Below, piece after piece: positions 20,834 to 30,845 of a stretch of 64,000 nucleotides of DNA. The notes under the pieces were generated by a model, which searched no databases, was not told the DNA's origin, and saw only the letters and a list, made by a program, of their open reading frames with translations. Source of the DNA: Candidatus Cloacimonadales bacterium (lineage in GTDB: Bacteria > Cloacimonadota > Cloacimonadia > Cloacimonadales > JAIOQZ01); contig OY771587.1 in NCBI GenBank assembly GCA_963674825.1, positions 928,001 through 992,000 on the forward strand, given 5' to 3'. The position numbers were made by a program, and so were the translations under genes. Position 1 is the stretch's first letter. The number at the start of each line of letters is the position of its first letter.

Positions 20834-22525
20834 ATGAAAAAGGTGCTTGTTATTACAGTGCTGCTGGCCATCGCAATGATGCTACAGGCGCAAAATCCGC
20901 CACGGAACCTCGAAGCTGTTGCCGGCGACGAAATGGTTACACTCAACTGGGATAGCCCGATCGAAAACGGCATGATCGAGATCACTTATCACGACGGTAA
21001 TCCCTACGACGCTTATTATCAGAACTTCGGATTCGGATACGGAACAGTGTTCGACCTTTCCGATTTCGACAATCCCACCCTTCAGAAGCTCGATTTCCGC
21101 CACACATCCTACGACATCATGGGACCGCACGAGTATAACCTTCATATTATTGACTGGGACGATATGTCTGTTATCACGGTGATCGAAGGTCTCGAAACTA
21201 CCGTTAACGACGATTGGGAAACAGATATCAACCTTCAGGAGATTTCCGCCCCGTCGATGGTCGGTATCTTTATCGAACCACTTGGTAACTCTGCAAGCGA
21301 CGCTTATCCAGTTGTTGACATGGATCCCCTCTGCAACTATCTTTCGTACGTTGTCGATGTCGATAACAATTATAGCATCAGTGAAGATCCCGCAGATGGC
21401 GACTTCCTGATCGACCTCTGGATTTCCGCAGATGGTTATCGCAGCGCGAAAGCGAAAAAAGTTCCCATGGTGGAACACCCAGTCTCACTCCACAAGCATG
21501 CACTCAGACCAGCGAATCCACAGTTCTCCACACCGCAGTCACACAACCGCGAGGACGTCCTTGGTTACCTGGTTTATCGCAATAACAACGTGATTACCCC
21601 GAATGTTATTCAGACACTCACCTATATCGACACAAACGTTACCAACGGTGTCGAATATACATATTACGTGACAGCCATGTATGAAAGCGGACAATCCGAA
21701 GGCTCGAATTCTGTCACTGTCGTTCCAAACATCCCGCAAGGGATCTATCTGACCGAAGGTTTTGAATCCAACTATATCCCTTCCGACTGGATTATCATTG
21801 ATGCAGATGGCGACAGCTATAACTGGGTGATGAATGAATCCAGTTTCGAACCGAATTCGGGAAGCCGCTGCGTTTGCTCAGCTTCTTACATCAACAATGT
21901 CGGTCCGCTTACCCCAGATAACTGGCTGATCACCCGTGCTATCGATCTCGAAACCGACGCAATACTGAAATTCTGGGTCGCGCCGCAAGACGAACAGTGG
22001 ATCAATGAACACTACAAAGTGAAGCTCTCTACAACCGGAACCGATATCGACGATTTCGATGTCCTCCTCATGGAAGAAACAATCGCTAGTTCGGCATGGT
22101 CGCAGAAGACGGTCGATCTCTCGGAATACACAGGCGAAACCGTTTACATCGCGTTTGAGCACTGTGAAGTAACCGATATGTTCTTCATCAAGCTGGACGA
22201 CATCCTGGTATATGACCCAACAGAGAACGATAACGACGCAATTACAATGCCCGAGTTCTCGACCAGCTGCTACCCGAATCCGTTCAACCCGGAGACAACC
22301 ATCAGCTATAGCCTGCCGATCGACGCGCAGGTTAAATTGGAAGTCTTTAACATCCGCGGTCAGAAGGTCACCACACTCGTAAACGACCGCGTTGATGCCG
22401 GACAGCATTCGGTTGTCTGGAACGGTACCGATCAGAGCGGAAGCCCTGTCTCCAGCGGTGTCTATTTCTACAAACTCAACACCAGTGGAAATACGCTCAT
22501 TCGCAAGATCGCGCTGATGAAGTAA
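20834..22525 (+). CDS. Secreted protein: FN3 + cleaved-adhesin (choice-of-anchor J) domain + FlgD-Ig/T9SS-like CTD
   Basis: Signal peptide; IDADGDSYNW, LTPDNWLIT, DLSEYTGETVYIAFEH; YPNPFNPETTI. Confidence 0.85.
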   Translation: MKKVLVITVLLAIAMMLQAQNPPRNLEAVAGDEMVTLNWDSPIENGMIEITYHDGNPYDAYYQNFGFGYGTVFDLSDFDNPTLQKLDFRHTSYDIMGPHEYNLHIIDWDDMSVITVIEGLETTVNDDWETDINLQEISAPSMVGIFIEPLGNSASDAYPVVDMDPLCNYLSYVVDVDNNYSISEDPADGDFLIDLWISADGYRSAKAKKVPMVEHPVSLHKHALRPANPQFSTPQSHNREDVLGYLVYRNNNVITPNVIQTLTYIDTNVTNGVEYTYYVTAMYESGQSEGSNSVTVVPNIPQGIYLTEGFESNYIPSDWIIIDADGDSYNWVMNESSFEPNSGSRCVCSASYINNVGPLTPDNWLITRAIDLETDAILKFWVAPQDEQWINEHYKVKLSTTGTDIDDFDVLLMEETIASSAWSQKTVDLSEYTGETVYIAFEHCEVTDMFFIKLDDILVYDPTENDNDAITMPEFSTSCYPNPFNPETTISYSLPIDAQVKLEVFNIRGQKVTTLVNDRVDAGQHSVVWNGTDQSGSPVSSGVYFYKLNTSGNTLIRKIALMK

Positions 22526-22567
22526 AAGCGCTCGTTCGAAAGATCGCGCTGATATAATTACTCTCCA

Positions 22568-22600
22568 ATCCCCTCTCATGATCGTGAGAGGGGATTTTTT
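22568..22600 (+). terminator. Rho-independent terminator
   Basis: AATCCCCTCTCA...TGAGAGGGGATT stem followed by T run. Confidence 0.8.
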
Positions 22601-22607
22601 ATTGCAT

Positions 22608-22637
22608 GGGCAGGCACAGAGACCTGCCCCTACAGCC
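22608..22637 (-). repeat. GTAG-family REP-like palindrome, copy 1
   Basis: gggcaggcacagagacctgcccctacagcc; 29/30 identical to 28085-28114; reads GTAG-GGGCAGG...CCTGCCC on the minus strand. Confidence 0.75.
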
Positions 22638-22775
22638 TTTCCTACCATCATCACACACCAATAAATCAAATCATTCTTCGCCAAGCTATCGATCCCGATT
22701 ATCTTATCATGCTAAGGTAAATGAACGCCGAATGAGGTGATCTCATCGGCAAAGAGAAAAGAGCGCAGAAAAAGA

Positions 22776-22804
22776 TTGACACGCTGAGAATGAGACTGAA
22801 TATC
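22776..22804 (+). promoter_or_regulatory. TTGACA promoter with Fur-box-like operator
   Basis: GAGAATGAGACTGAATATC (22786-22804) matches 14/19 of the classical Fur box GATAATGATAATCATTATC, just downstream of the -35 element. Confidence 0.6.
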
Positions 22805-22825
22805 AGTTGCAAAAGCGAGGCGCTC

Positions 22826-23263
22826 ATGAAGAAGCAGTACGAGATATTTGCCAAGTTCCTTGATCGGAAGGGACTCAAGATGACACGCTCGCGGAAAACG
22901 ATCTTGCAGGCGGTGTTCGAAACGCACGATCACTTCCACGCTGATCAGCTCTATGAGCAGATCAGGGAGCAGGACGACACTGTTTCCCGCGCGACGGTTT
23001 ACCGGACCATCCCGCTTCTGGTGGAAACAGGGTTGGTTAAGCAGTCGATGCGCCGTAACTCGAAGAATTACTACGAGCACATCTACGGTCATCCAAGTCA
23101 CCTCCATTTGATCTGCACACGATGCGGAAGCATCTACGAAGAGAAGTCAGGGAATATGGAGCGAGAACTGCGAAAACTGTGCGAGAAACGAATGTTCCGG
23201 GTGGATGAGTTCACTATCACCATCAAGGGACTCTGCCGGAAATGCGCGGAAAGGAAAGGATAA
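22826..23263 (+). CDS. fur: Fur-family transcriptional repressor
   Basis: GLKMTRSR, HFHADQLY, VSRATVYRT, HLHLICTRCG, GLCRKC; start set at the ATG with GAGG RBS. Confidence 0.9.
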   Translation: MKKQYEIFAKFLDRKGLKMTRSRKTILQAVFETHDHFHADQLYEQIREQDDTVSRATVYRTIPLLVETGLVKQSMRRNSKNYYEHIYGHPSHLHLICTRCGSIYEEKSGNMERELRKLCEKRMFRVDEFTITIKGLCRKCAERKG

Positions 23264-23264
23264 A

Positions 23265-23564
23265 ATGTTCAGAGGTATAGGGAAACGATTCCGCAGAATG
23301 GGCGGAAAAGGTCACGGTGGAAAGCACTGCCATTGCCATCGAAAAAATGGGTTTGCGCATCGTCCGCTTGATGAATGCGCCGAAAACGAACGGGTCTGCA
23401 TTCATCGCAATCCTGACCGTCAGACCATGGAGATGGGCCTGCACAACGGTGGACTTGTCATCATGCTCAAGAATGATCCGTCCGACAACAACATCGTCGT
23501 GGGAATCGGAAACTCTCGGTTCATCCTCTCGAAACGGGTTGCCAAGCTTATCGAAGTAGGGTAG
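23265..23564 (+). CDS. feoA: FeoA-family protein with His/Cys-rich N-terminus
   Basis: MEMGLHNG, NIVVGIGNSRFILSKRVAKLIEV SH3-like FeoA signature. Confidence 0.75.
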   Translation: MFRGIGKRFRRMGGKGHGGKHCHCHRKNGFAHRPLDECAENERVCIHRNPDRQTMEMGLHNGGLVIMLKNDPSDNNIVVGIGNSRFILSKRVAKLIEVG

Positions 23565-23568
23565 TATC

Positions 23569-23802
23569 ATGGTGCGCGAGCTTCGCAATTACATCGTTGA
23601 GCATGGACAGGCAGATATGTGGACGCTGTCCAATCGCTTCCATGCCGAGCCGACGGCAATCCGTCCGATGCTGGAGATGCTGATTCGTAAGGGTGAGATA
23701 GCAAAATCGCATTTCCAATGCGATTCTTGCGGTCTCAATAGCTGTACGGGATGCGGCTCGCAGCTGTTATCTGAAATCTACGTCAGCAAAAAATCTGCTT
23801 AG
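23569..23802 (+). CDS. feoC: FeoC-like winged-helix Fe-S protein
   Basis: LSNRFHAEPTAIRPMLEMLIRKG plus CxxC...CxxC (CDSC, CTGC). Confidence 0.78.
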   Translation: MVRELRNYIVEHGQADMWTLSNRFHAEPTAIRPMLEMLIRKGEIAKSHFQCDSCGLNSCTGCGSQLLSEIYVSKKSA

Positions 23803-23857
23803 GTTTGGAATTTGATTCCTTCCCTTGTAGGTTGTAACATGTAACTCGTAAACGCCC

Positions 23858-24445
23858 CTAATCTTCCTGCCACGTAATCGTATCGCCTGGTTTGATACCA
23901 TACATATCCGTGTAACCGGCATTTACTTCCACTACGTACCGAGAGGGGCCTTCGCTGGGAATCATGTCCTCATTCAAGGGTTTCGTATTTTTAGCGATAT
24001 GCACAATGTTTCCAGCCGTATCCACATAGATAATATCCAGCGGGATATAGGTGTTTCTCATCCAGAACGAGCGTTCGATCTCGGAAGAAAAGATGAACAG
24101 CATGCCACGATTTTCCTGCATCTGTTTGCGGAACATCAGACCACGAGTCCGGGAGAATTCGGTCGCGACAATTTCGATCTCGATTTCGGAGCGGAACTCG
24201 CCATTCGGACTTTCGAATCGCAGCGTTCCATCGCGACGGAACTTGATCTCTGGTAGATTTCGCTCAGTATAAGTTCCCGCCTTTGGCTTGTGCTTTTTAG
24301 TTTCCTGTTCTTCTCCACTTCGATTGTAAAGGTGAAGAAAGTAGGCCAATAACATACCAAACAGGATCGCCATCATGAAGATTGCAATTCTCATTTTTAA
24401 TCTGGGTTGTTTATCCTTTTCGGGTGCCTGTCTGTTCTTCTTCAT
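23858..24445 (-). CDS. DUF192 family protein
   Basis: RTRGLMFR, GMLFIF, FWMRNTYIPLDIIY, YVVEVNAG. Confidence 0.9.
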   Translation of the reverse strand: MKKNRQAPEKDKQPRLKMRIAIFMMAILFGMLLAYFLHLYNRSGEEQETKKHKPKAGTYTERNLPEIKFRRDGTLRFESPNGEFRSEIEIEIVATEFSRTRGLMFRKQMQENRGMLFIFSSEIERSFWMRNTYIPLDIIYVDTAGNIVHIAKNTKPLNEDMIPSEGPSRYVVEVNAGYTDMYGIKPGDTITWQED

Positions 24446-24587
24446 ATTGTCTCCCTCAGAATTCACGCGAGATAATCATATCTTGTTTATGTGTCAAAGG
24501 ATTTCAGGATTTGATTGACAAATTCCTTTTCCAGCGAGTTTCTCGTCTTGTCAAAGATTGATAATCTAATGAAATTGAGGACTTATT

Positions 24588-25883
24588 TTGAAATTCTTTA
24601 TCGAAACTTACGGATGTCAGATGAACGTCGCGGATTCCGAGACTGTAAGCGGAATCCTTACGATGGAGGGACTGGAGCCAGTCGATACGATCGACGAAGC
24701 CGATGTCATCATATTCAATACTTGCACGGTTCGCCAGCATGCCGAGGACCGTGTCATCGGTAGACTCACCAGTGAATTGGTGAGGAAAAAGCAGCGCCCC
24801 GAGCTCGTTTTTGTTATCATCGGCTGCGTTGCACAACGCAAGCGTGACGAACTACTCGAGAGTATTCCCGGTCTCGACCTCGTAGTAGGCGTTGATCAAT
24901 ACCGCATGTTGCCCATGATGATCAGAATGGCTAGTAATTACGGCATACGCAACAGTACCGAATTCGCTAAAACCGAGAACTATGAGAACCTTAAAATAAA
25001 CCGCGGTGGGCACAACAACGCGTTCGTAACCGTCATGCGTGGATGTGACAATTTCTGTTCTTACTGCATCGTACCGCATGTTCGTGGACGCGAAAGGAGC
25101 CGCAATACCCAAGGAATCGTCAACGAAGTCACCCGCGCCGGACGCGAAGGCTTCAAAGAGATTACGCTGCTGGGCCAAAACGTCAATTCTTACAGTTGGG
25201 GCGGCATTGACTTCCCCATGCTGCTGTGGCGTCTGAACGATGTCCAGGAGATCGAACGGCTGCGTTTCGTGACCTCACACCCCAAAGATCTCTCCGAAGA
25301 TCTTATCGAGGCCATCGCCAATTGCGAGAAGGTCTGCGAGCATATTCATCTACCACTGCAAGCCGGTAACGACGAGGTTCTCAGGCGTATGAATCGTGGC
25401 TACACGGCAGACCATTACCGTAACCTGATTCACGAACTGCGGCGCCAGGTTCCGGGGATCGCCATCACGACCGACATCATGACCGGCTTCCCGGGCGAAA
25501 CCGAAGAGGCTTTTCAGGATACGCTGAACCTGATGCGCGAGATCGAATTCGACTTCGCCTTCATGTTCAAATATTCACCTCGCGAAGGAACTCCCGCTGC
25601 CGAGATGACAGACCAGATCGACGAAGAAGTGCGGCTCGACCGTCTTAAACGGATGAACGACCTGCAAGCCGAGATCACCACAAAGAAATATCGTGAGCAG
25701 ATCGGCAGAGAGGTCGAAGTCTATGTCGAGAAGGTCAGCAAGCTCTCCGAGAAAGAGATCTCCGGTAAAACGCGCGACTTCAAGATCGTCGTGTTTGAAG
25801 GCGATCCATCCCAGATCGGTACTTTCGTAAACGTCAAGGTCGACGACGCCGTCGGCTGGACGCTCAAAGGACACCAGATATGA
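24588..25883 (+). CDS. miaB: tRNA 2-methylthio-N6-dimethylallyladenosine synthase
   Basis: ETYGCQMN, GCDNFCSYCIVP radical-SAM motif, TSHPKD, TRAM domain. Confidence 0.95.
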   Translation: MKFFIETYGCQMNVADSETVSGILTMEGLEPVDTIDEADVIIFNTCTVRQHAEDRVIGRLTSELVRKKQRPELVFVIIGCVAQRKRDELLESIPGLDLVVGVDQYRMLPMMIRMASNYGIRNSTEFAKTENYENLKINRGGHNNAFVTVMRGCDNFCSYCIVPHVRGRERSRNTQGIVNEVTRAGREGFKEITLLGQNVNSYSWGGIDFPMLLWRLNDVQEIERLRFVTSHPKDLSEDLIEAIANCEKVCEHIHLPLQAGNDEVLRRMNRGYTADHYRNLIHELRRQVPGIAITTDIMTGFPGETEEAFQDTLNLMREIEFDFAFMFKYSPREGTPAAEMTDQIDEEVRLDRLKRMNDLQAEITTKKYREQIGREVEVYVEKVSKLSEKEISGKTRDFKIVVFEGDPSQIGTFVNVKVDDAVGWTLKGHQI

Positions 25884-27604
25884 ATCACCTGCTTTCCTGG
25901 GTGCATCACGATACATCGCTCATCATCAACGCTAACGCGCTGCTGGTGCTCTCAATCCTGATTCTCACCGGGATCCTGATCGGAAATCTGGCCAAGAAGT
26001 TCAAATTGCCCACCGTCACCGGATGTATTATCGGCGGCGTCCTGCTTGGGCCCTACGTATTGAATATCTTCACCGAATCGGCATATGAGGCATTCTCCCC
26101 CATCACCCATTTCGTGCTGGGACTGATCGGCTTGACCATCGGTAGCCACCTTGATTTCCGTAAGTTGCACAACGCAGGAAAGCGTATCACCTGGATCACC
26201 TTCATGGACGTGCTGGTCACGGCACCGATTGTGTTTCTCGGACTATACCAGTTCTCTGGGCTTTCCGTCGAAGAATGCCTGCTCCTCAGCGCTATCGCCT
26301 GCGCAACAGCTCCCGGATCGGTGCTGCACGTGGTCAAGGAACGCAAGGCCAAGGGAATGTTCACCAAGACAATCCTCGCGGTTGTAGCGTTCAACAATGT
26401 TATCGTAATCCTCTTATTCTACACGCTTTACTACTACGCGGTGGGACGGTTGAAACCGGGCGACGTATCGCTCGTCCAGACTATGTTCAGACCGCTATTG
26501 TACCTCTCCGAGTCGTTTATTACTGGCGGCACGGTCGGCTTCGCGCTGATCTATCTCACCGAAAAACGCAAGAAGGTGCTCTTCTCCTTCCCGGCGATGG
26601 TGCTTTTCGCGCTGGTACTCTCGGTCGGTATTTCCCAGACGCTGCATTTTTCGGGACTTCTTACCAGTCTCATCCTGGGTATGATCATCACCAACTTCTC
26701 GCGCTACCGTGACGACTTCTTCTCCGCGTTCCACGATCTCGAGGAGATCATCTTCGCCACTTTCTTCGTGCTGGCAGGTACACACCTCGATTTTCACGCA
26801 CTGAAGGTTGCTGGACTGGCTGGCGCAGTGCTGATCATCGCGCGTTTTATCGGCAAATTCATCGGCCCCACGCTGGGTACGCAATTCGCCGACAGCACGA
26901 TTACCGTTCGCAAGTGGATCGGCCTGGCGCTCTATCCTCTGGCAGGAGTCGCGATCGGTCTCATGCTCATTATCACCGATACGCCCATCTTCCACGAGCA
27001 CGCCTCCACCCTGGCAGCGATCGTTCTGAGCGCGGTCATTTTCTTCGAGATCATCGGCCCTATCCTGACCGGCATGACCATCTCGAAAGCAGGTGAATCG
27101 CAGAAAAATCGTTTACGCCTGCTCGACTTCCTGCAGGAAGAGTACATTCGGCTAAATATCAATGCCAAGGATAAATGGGAAGCGCTCGAAAGCATGTCGG
27201 AATTCATGCATAAGGTGCACAATATCAAGGAACTAAGCCTCGAAGAACTCAAACAGGGTGTAATCGCACGTGAGAAAGAAATCACCACCGGTATCGGCAA
27301 CAACATCGCCATCCCGCATGTTATCGTAGAAGGCGGTCCGGCTATTCGCGGCGTGATCGGTATATGTAAGGAAGGGATCGAGTTCAATTCCATGGACGAC
27401 CAGCCGGTCAAAATCATCATCCTCATCGCGACACCGAAGGATCGCTACGAATTGCACTTACAGGTACTCGCGAATGTCGCCAAAATTTTCGGACATCACT
27501 CTCACATCAAGGAATTGATCGTGCACGCGCGCACACCGGAAGAGGTGTATGAAATCCTCCAACGCGAAGAAGTCGATAAGCTGAATCCCTTCTTCGAGGA
27601 TTGA
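25880..27604 (+). CDS. Cation:proton antiporter fused to C-terminal PTS EIIA domain
   Basis: CPA-type TM region (ATAPG, AGVAIGL), then REKEITTGIGNNIAIPH EIIA phospho-His motif. Confidence 0.88.
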   Translation: MNHLLSWVHHDTSLIINANALLVLSILILTGILIGNLAKKFKLPTVTGCIIGGVLLGPYVLNIFTESAYEAFSPITHFVLGLIGLTIGSHLDFRKLHNAGKRITWITFMDVLVTAPIVFLGLYQFSGLSVEECLLLSAIACATAPGSVLHVVKERKAKGMFTKTILAVVAFNNVIVILLFYTLYYYAVGRLKPGDVSLVQTMFRPLLYLSESFITGGTVGFALIYLTEKRKKVLFSFPAMVLFALVLSVGISQTLHFSGLLTSLILGMIITNFSRYRDDFFSAFHDLEEIIFATFFVLAGTHLDFHALKVAGLAGAVLIIARFIGKFIGPTLGTQFADSTITVRKWIGLALYPLAGVAIGLMLIITDTPIFHEHASTLAAIVLSAVIFFEIIGPILTGMTISKAGESQKNRLRLLDFLQEEYIRLNINAKDKWEALESMSEFMHKVHNIKELSLEELKQGVIAREKEITTGIGNNIAIPHVIVEGGPAIRGVIGICKEGIEFNSMDDQPVKIIILIATPKDRYELHLQVLANVAKIFGHHSHIKELIVHARTPEEVYEILQREEVDKLNPFFED

Positions 27605-27647
27605 TCCCCCCCTGGGTACGCGGAGCTCCAGCTCGGCATTTCGCCCC

Positions 27648-28077
27648 ATGGAACGCGGACGTCCTCGTCCGCATCCCTACTCCCTGTTTCGAACTAATGA
27701 ACATGTAAATTTACCCTCCTCGCATACTGCGAGAAGGGTAGTGTTTTACTTCTCTTTATTAATCATAATGCTAATATTCATACAACAATCCAGAACAATA
27801 CAGTATATTGCTTCATATTCTGGAATTATTGGCAAATATCTTGCACAAATGGGATAAAGAACCAAAGAAATGATTTCCTATAATGATTTCATATCCTCTC
27901 CTATTTATTATTTGGCTTAACGCCATGTCATGCTATTATAAAGCTCTGAGAAAAAAAATTCAGAAAAAACATTTTTTTTCAAAATGAATTGTTGATATTG
28001 CAAAACCTACGAAGAACATGCAGACGAGGATGAGGGATTCGAATTTGCATGCAAATTCACAGACGTCCGCGTTCCAT
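27648..28077. repeat. Inverted pair of REP-like elements flanking an AT-rich core (REPIN/MITE-like)
   Basis: ATGGAACGCGGACGTCCTCGTCCGCAT (27648-27674) and an interrupted inverted copy (28018-28030 + 28064-28077). Confidence 0.55.
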
Positions 28078-28084
28078 AAGAGAA

Positions 28085-28114
28085 GGGCAGGCACAGTGAC
28101 CTGCCCCTACAGCC
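28085..28114 (-). repeat. GTAG-family REP-like palindrome, copy 2
   Basis: gggcaggcacagtgacctgcccctacagcc. Confidence 0.75.
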
Positions 28115-28210
28115 CATTCCAGGTACTCAGATGTCTTGTAGGTTTGGAACAAAACCTGGAATCTTCAACGGTCTGCATTCCCCCATGGAACGCATAAATC
28201 TCTACTCAAT

Positions 28211-28240
28211 AAAAAAAACGGATCCCGATTTGGGATCCGT
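28211..28240 (-). terminator. glnS terminator
   Basis: ACGGATCCC...GGGATCCGT stem with A-run on the left (T-run on minus strand). Confidence 0.75.
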
Positions 28241-28264
28241 CGTTGTATGTGAAGCTTTAGTTTA

Positions 28265-29935
28265 TTACTTCGTCGACTTCATGATCTTCGCGAAGCTGTC
28301 GCGAAGCGGCACGGTACGGTTGATGACAACGTGCTCGTCGGTGGTATCGGGATCGACATAGAAGTAGCCTTGTCTGAGGAACTGGAAATGCGTCCCGGGT
28401 TTGGCTTCCTTCAGGGACGGCTCGCCCTTGGCCGTGATAGTGACCAACGACTCGGGATTGAGTATCTCGTGGAAGTCGCTGTATTCGGCGGGGTTTTCCA
28501 CCGTGAAGAGGTGGTCGTAGAGCCGTACTTCGATGTCTTCCGCATGCTTTGCAGAGACCCAGTGCGAGGTGCCCTTGACCTTGCGTCCGTCTTCGGTCCA
28601 TCCACCGCGTGAATTGGGATCGTAAGTGCAGTGGATTTCGGTGATGTTGCCGTCTTCATCCGTCTCGTAGCCTGTACAGGTGACGTAGTAGGCGTGTTTG
28701 AGACGAATCTCGGCACCGGGTGAAAGGCGGAAGAATTTCTTGGGCGGATCGATCATGAAATCTTCCCTCTCGATGTAGAGCTCACGGCTGAACGGAATCT
28801 TCCGTGTGCCGGCATTCTCGTCCTCGGGATTGTTCTCCGCGTCAAACCACTCTTCCTGATCTTCCGGGTAGTTAGTGACGATCACCTTGACCGGATCGAT
28901 CACGGCCATCACGCGAGCGGCACGCTTGTTGAGATCTTCGCGAAGACAGAAGAAAAGCAGGCTGATATCAGCAGTGCTATTACTCTTGGCCATACCGATT
29001 CGATCGCTGAATTCGCGGATCGATTCGGAAGTAAAACCACGACGACGTAATCCCGCAATCGTAGGCATGCGAGGATCATCCCATCCATTCACAATCTTTT
29101 CCGTAACCAGCGCGAGAAGCTTACGCTTGCTCATGATGGTGTAGTTGATATTGAGTCTTGCGAATTCAATCTGCTGCGGGTGACTTGGCACCGGAAGCTG
29201 ATCCAGGAACCAGTCGTACAGCGGCCTGTGATCTTCGAACTCGAGTGTGCAAAGTGAGTGAGTGATCTTCTCCAGGGCGTCCGACATGCAGTGTGTATAG
29301 TCATACATCGGATAGATGCACCATTTGTCACCCGTGCGGTGATGATGTGCCTTGCGGATGCGATAGACGACTGGATCGCGCATGTTCAGATTAGGCGAAG
29401 CCATATCGATCTTGGCGCGCAGGGTAAGGGTTCCTTCTTCGTGCTTACCGTCTTTCATCTCCTGGAAGAGCGCAAGGCTTTCCTCGATAGGGCGGTTTCG
29501 GAAGGGGCTTTCCTTGCCGGGTTCCGTGAGCGTGCCGCGGAGTTCCCTGATTTGATCAGGCGTGAGTTCATCCACGAAAGCCTTACCATCTTTGATGAGC
29601 TGCACGGCGTATTCGTAGAGTGCGTCGAAGTAGTCGGACGCGAAATAAAGGCGGTCTTCCCAGTCGAATCCCAGCCAGTGGATATCTTCCATAATCGAAT
29701 CAACGTACTCGACATCTTCTTTAGTCGGGTTGGTGTCGTCGAAACGGAGGTTGCAAGTGCCTTTGTAATCACGGGCAATGCCGAAATTGAGGCAGATCGA
29801 TTTTGCGTGGCCGATGTGGATATAGCCATTCGGCTCCGGCGGGAAACGGGTCGCAACGCGATCACCGTTCTTGCCGGTTTCCAGATCGTGGTCTATGATA
29901 TTTCGAATGAAATTGGATTTTGTTTCTTCGCTCAT
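28265..29935 (-). CDS. glnS: Glutamine--tRNA ligase
   Basis: [44 protein letters not shown]. Confidence 0.97.
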   Translation of the reverse strand: MSEETKSNFIRNIIDHDLETGKNGDRVATRFPPEPNGYIHIGHAKSICLNFGIARDYKGTCNLRFDDTNPTKEDVEYVDSIMEDIHWLGFDWEDRLYFASDYFDALYEYAVQLIKDGKAFVDELTPDQIRELRGTLTEPGKESPFRNRPIEESLALFQEMKDGKHEEGTLTLRAKIDMASPNLNMRDPVVYRIRKAHHHRTGDKWCIYPMYDYTHCMSDALEKITHSLCTLEFEDHRPLYDWFLDQLPVPSHPQQIEFARLNINYTIMSKRKLLALVTEKIVNGWDDPRMPTIAGLRRRGFTSESIREFSDRIGMAKSNSTADISLLFFCLREDLNKRAARVMAVIDPVKVIVTNYPEDQEEWFDAENNPEDENAGTRKIPFSRELYIEREDFMIDPPKKFFRLSPGAEIRLKHAYYVTCTGYETDEDGNITEIHCTYDPNSRGGWTEDGRKVKGTSHWVSAKHAEDIEVRLYDHLFTVENPAEYSDFHEILNPESLVTITAKGEPSLKEAKPGTHFQFLRQGYFYVDPDTTDEHVVINRTVPLRDSFAKIMKSTK

Positions 29936-29942
29936 TGTTACC

Positions 29943-30845
29943 TCACCATGGAAATTGATCGTCGATGCGCACGGATTTCATTTCCATGTCGTGCCCAAGA
30001 AAAAGCAGTCCGTTCACTGGGCGCAGTTCATCGAGGATCATGCGTTTATAGCGGTACGACCTTGTCCGGTCAACTTCGTAAGCGGAGGTGACCGATGGCC
30101 GCAGATGTTCTTTATGCGGGAAGATGTCGCCGCCGTAATAGGCAAGCTCACCTTCGCTCTCGATACGGACAACCTGGAATCCGTTGGAGTGACCACCAGC
30201 CAGGATCAGCCTGATCTCCGGAGTGAGGTTCACATCGCCGTTGACCAGTCGAAACATCTCGCTTGCTTCAAGCAGGCTGAGCTGATGGTCGAACTGATAG
30301 GCGGATTCGTTGAGTTCGTCCGGGTGACGTGCGGTACTCCACTCGATCTCCTGGATGTAGTGAATGGCATTGGGAAAAGTCAGCTCATCGCCACTGCCAA
30401 AATCACTAACAACGCCTCCCGCGTGGTCAAAGTGTAAATGGGTCAGGATCACGCCGTCGATGTCCTCTCGCTTGTAGCCGACTCGTTCGAGGTTCTCGAC
30501 CAGAGTGAACTCGGATGCACGGTAGATCTTTTTCTCTTTATCGCTGATGCGATTGCCCAGTCCGGTATCGATGAGGAAAACCTTATCACCGGTTTCGAGC
30601 AGCACCAGGCTGAAATCCATTTGAATGCGGTGCTTTTCGTCGGTAAATACGCTTCTTTCCCATATGGCGCGCGGGAAAATTCCCATCGCTGCGCCACCGT
30701 CCGACCAGAAATGTCCGCCGGAGAGCGTCCTACTCTTTATCTTCCCGATTGTTGTTGTTTCGGTTATTGGTGCGGGTTCCGCCGCTATTGTTGTTTTCAC
30801 CGTTGTTGGGGCGGCGTGGCCGTCTTCTTCTGCGCGGCTTGGCAT
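29943..30845 (-). CDS. MBL-fold metallo-hydrolase (YtnP-like)
   Basis: [22 protein letters not shown]; start uncertain (ATG 30845 has a GGAGG RBS and lies inside jag). Confidence 0.85.
   Translation of the reverse strand: MPSRAEEDGHAAPTTVKTTIAAEPAPITETTTIGKIKSRTLSGGHFWSDGGAAMGIFPRAIWERSVFTDEKHRIQMDFSLVLLETGDKVFLIDTGLGNRISDKEKKIYRASEFTLVENLERVGYKREDIDGVILTHLHFDHAGGVVSDFGSGDELTFPNAIHYIQEIEWSTARHPDELNESAYQFDHQLSLLEASEMFRLVNGDVNLTPEIRLILAGGHSNGFQVVRIESEGELAYYGGDIFPHKEHLRPSVTSAYEVDRTRSYRYKRMILDELRPVNGLLFLGHDMEMKSVRIDDQFPW

Noticed and set aside
22505..22553. 14-bp direct repeat AAGATCGCGCTGAT at the gene end, as a possible att site
   Set aside because: Copies are only ~35 bp apart, with no integrase or cargo; probably local slippage
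27746..27892. Small minus-strand ORF with good RBS and in-frame TAG at codon 5 (possible readthrough)
   Set aside because: Other genes here use TAG as a normal stop and no pyl machinery is seen; more likely decayed or chance in AT-rich DNA
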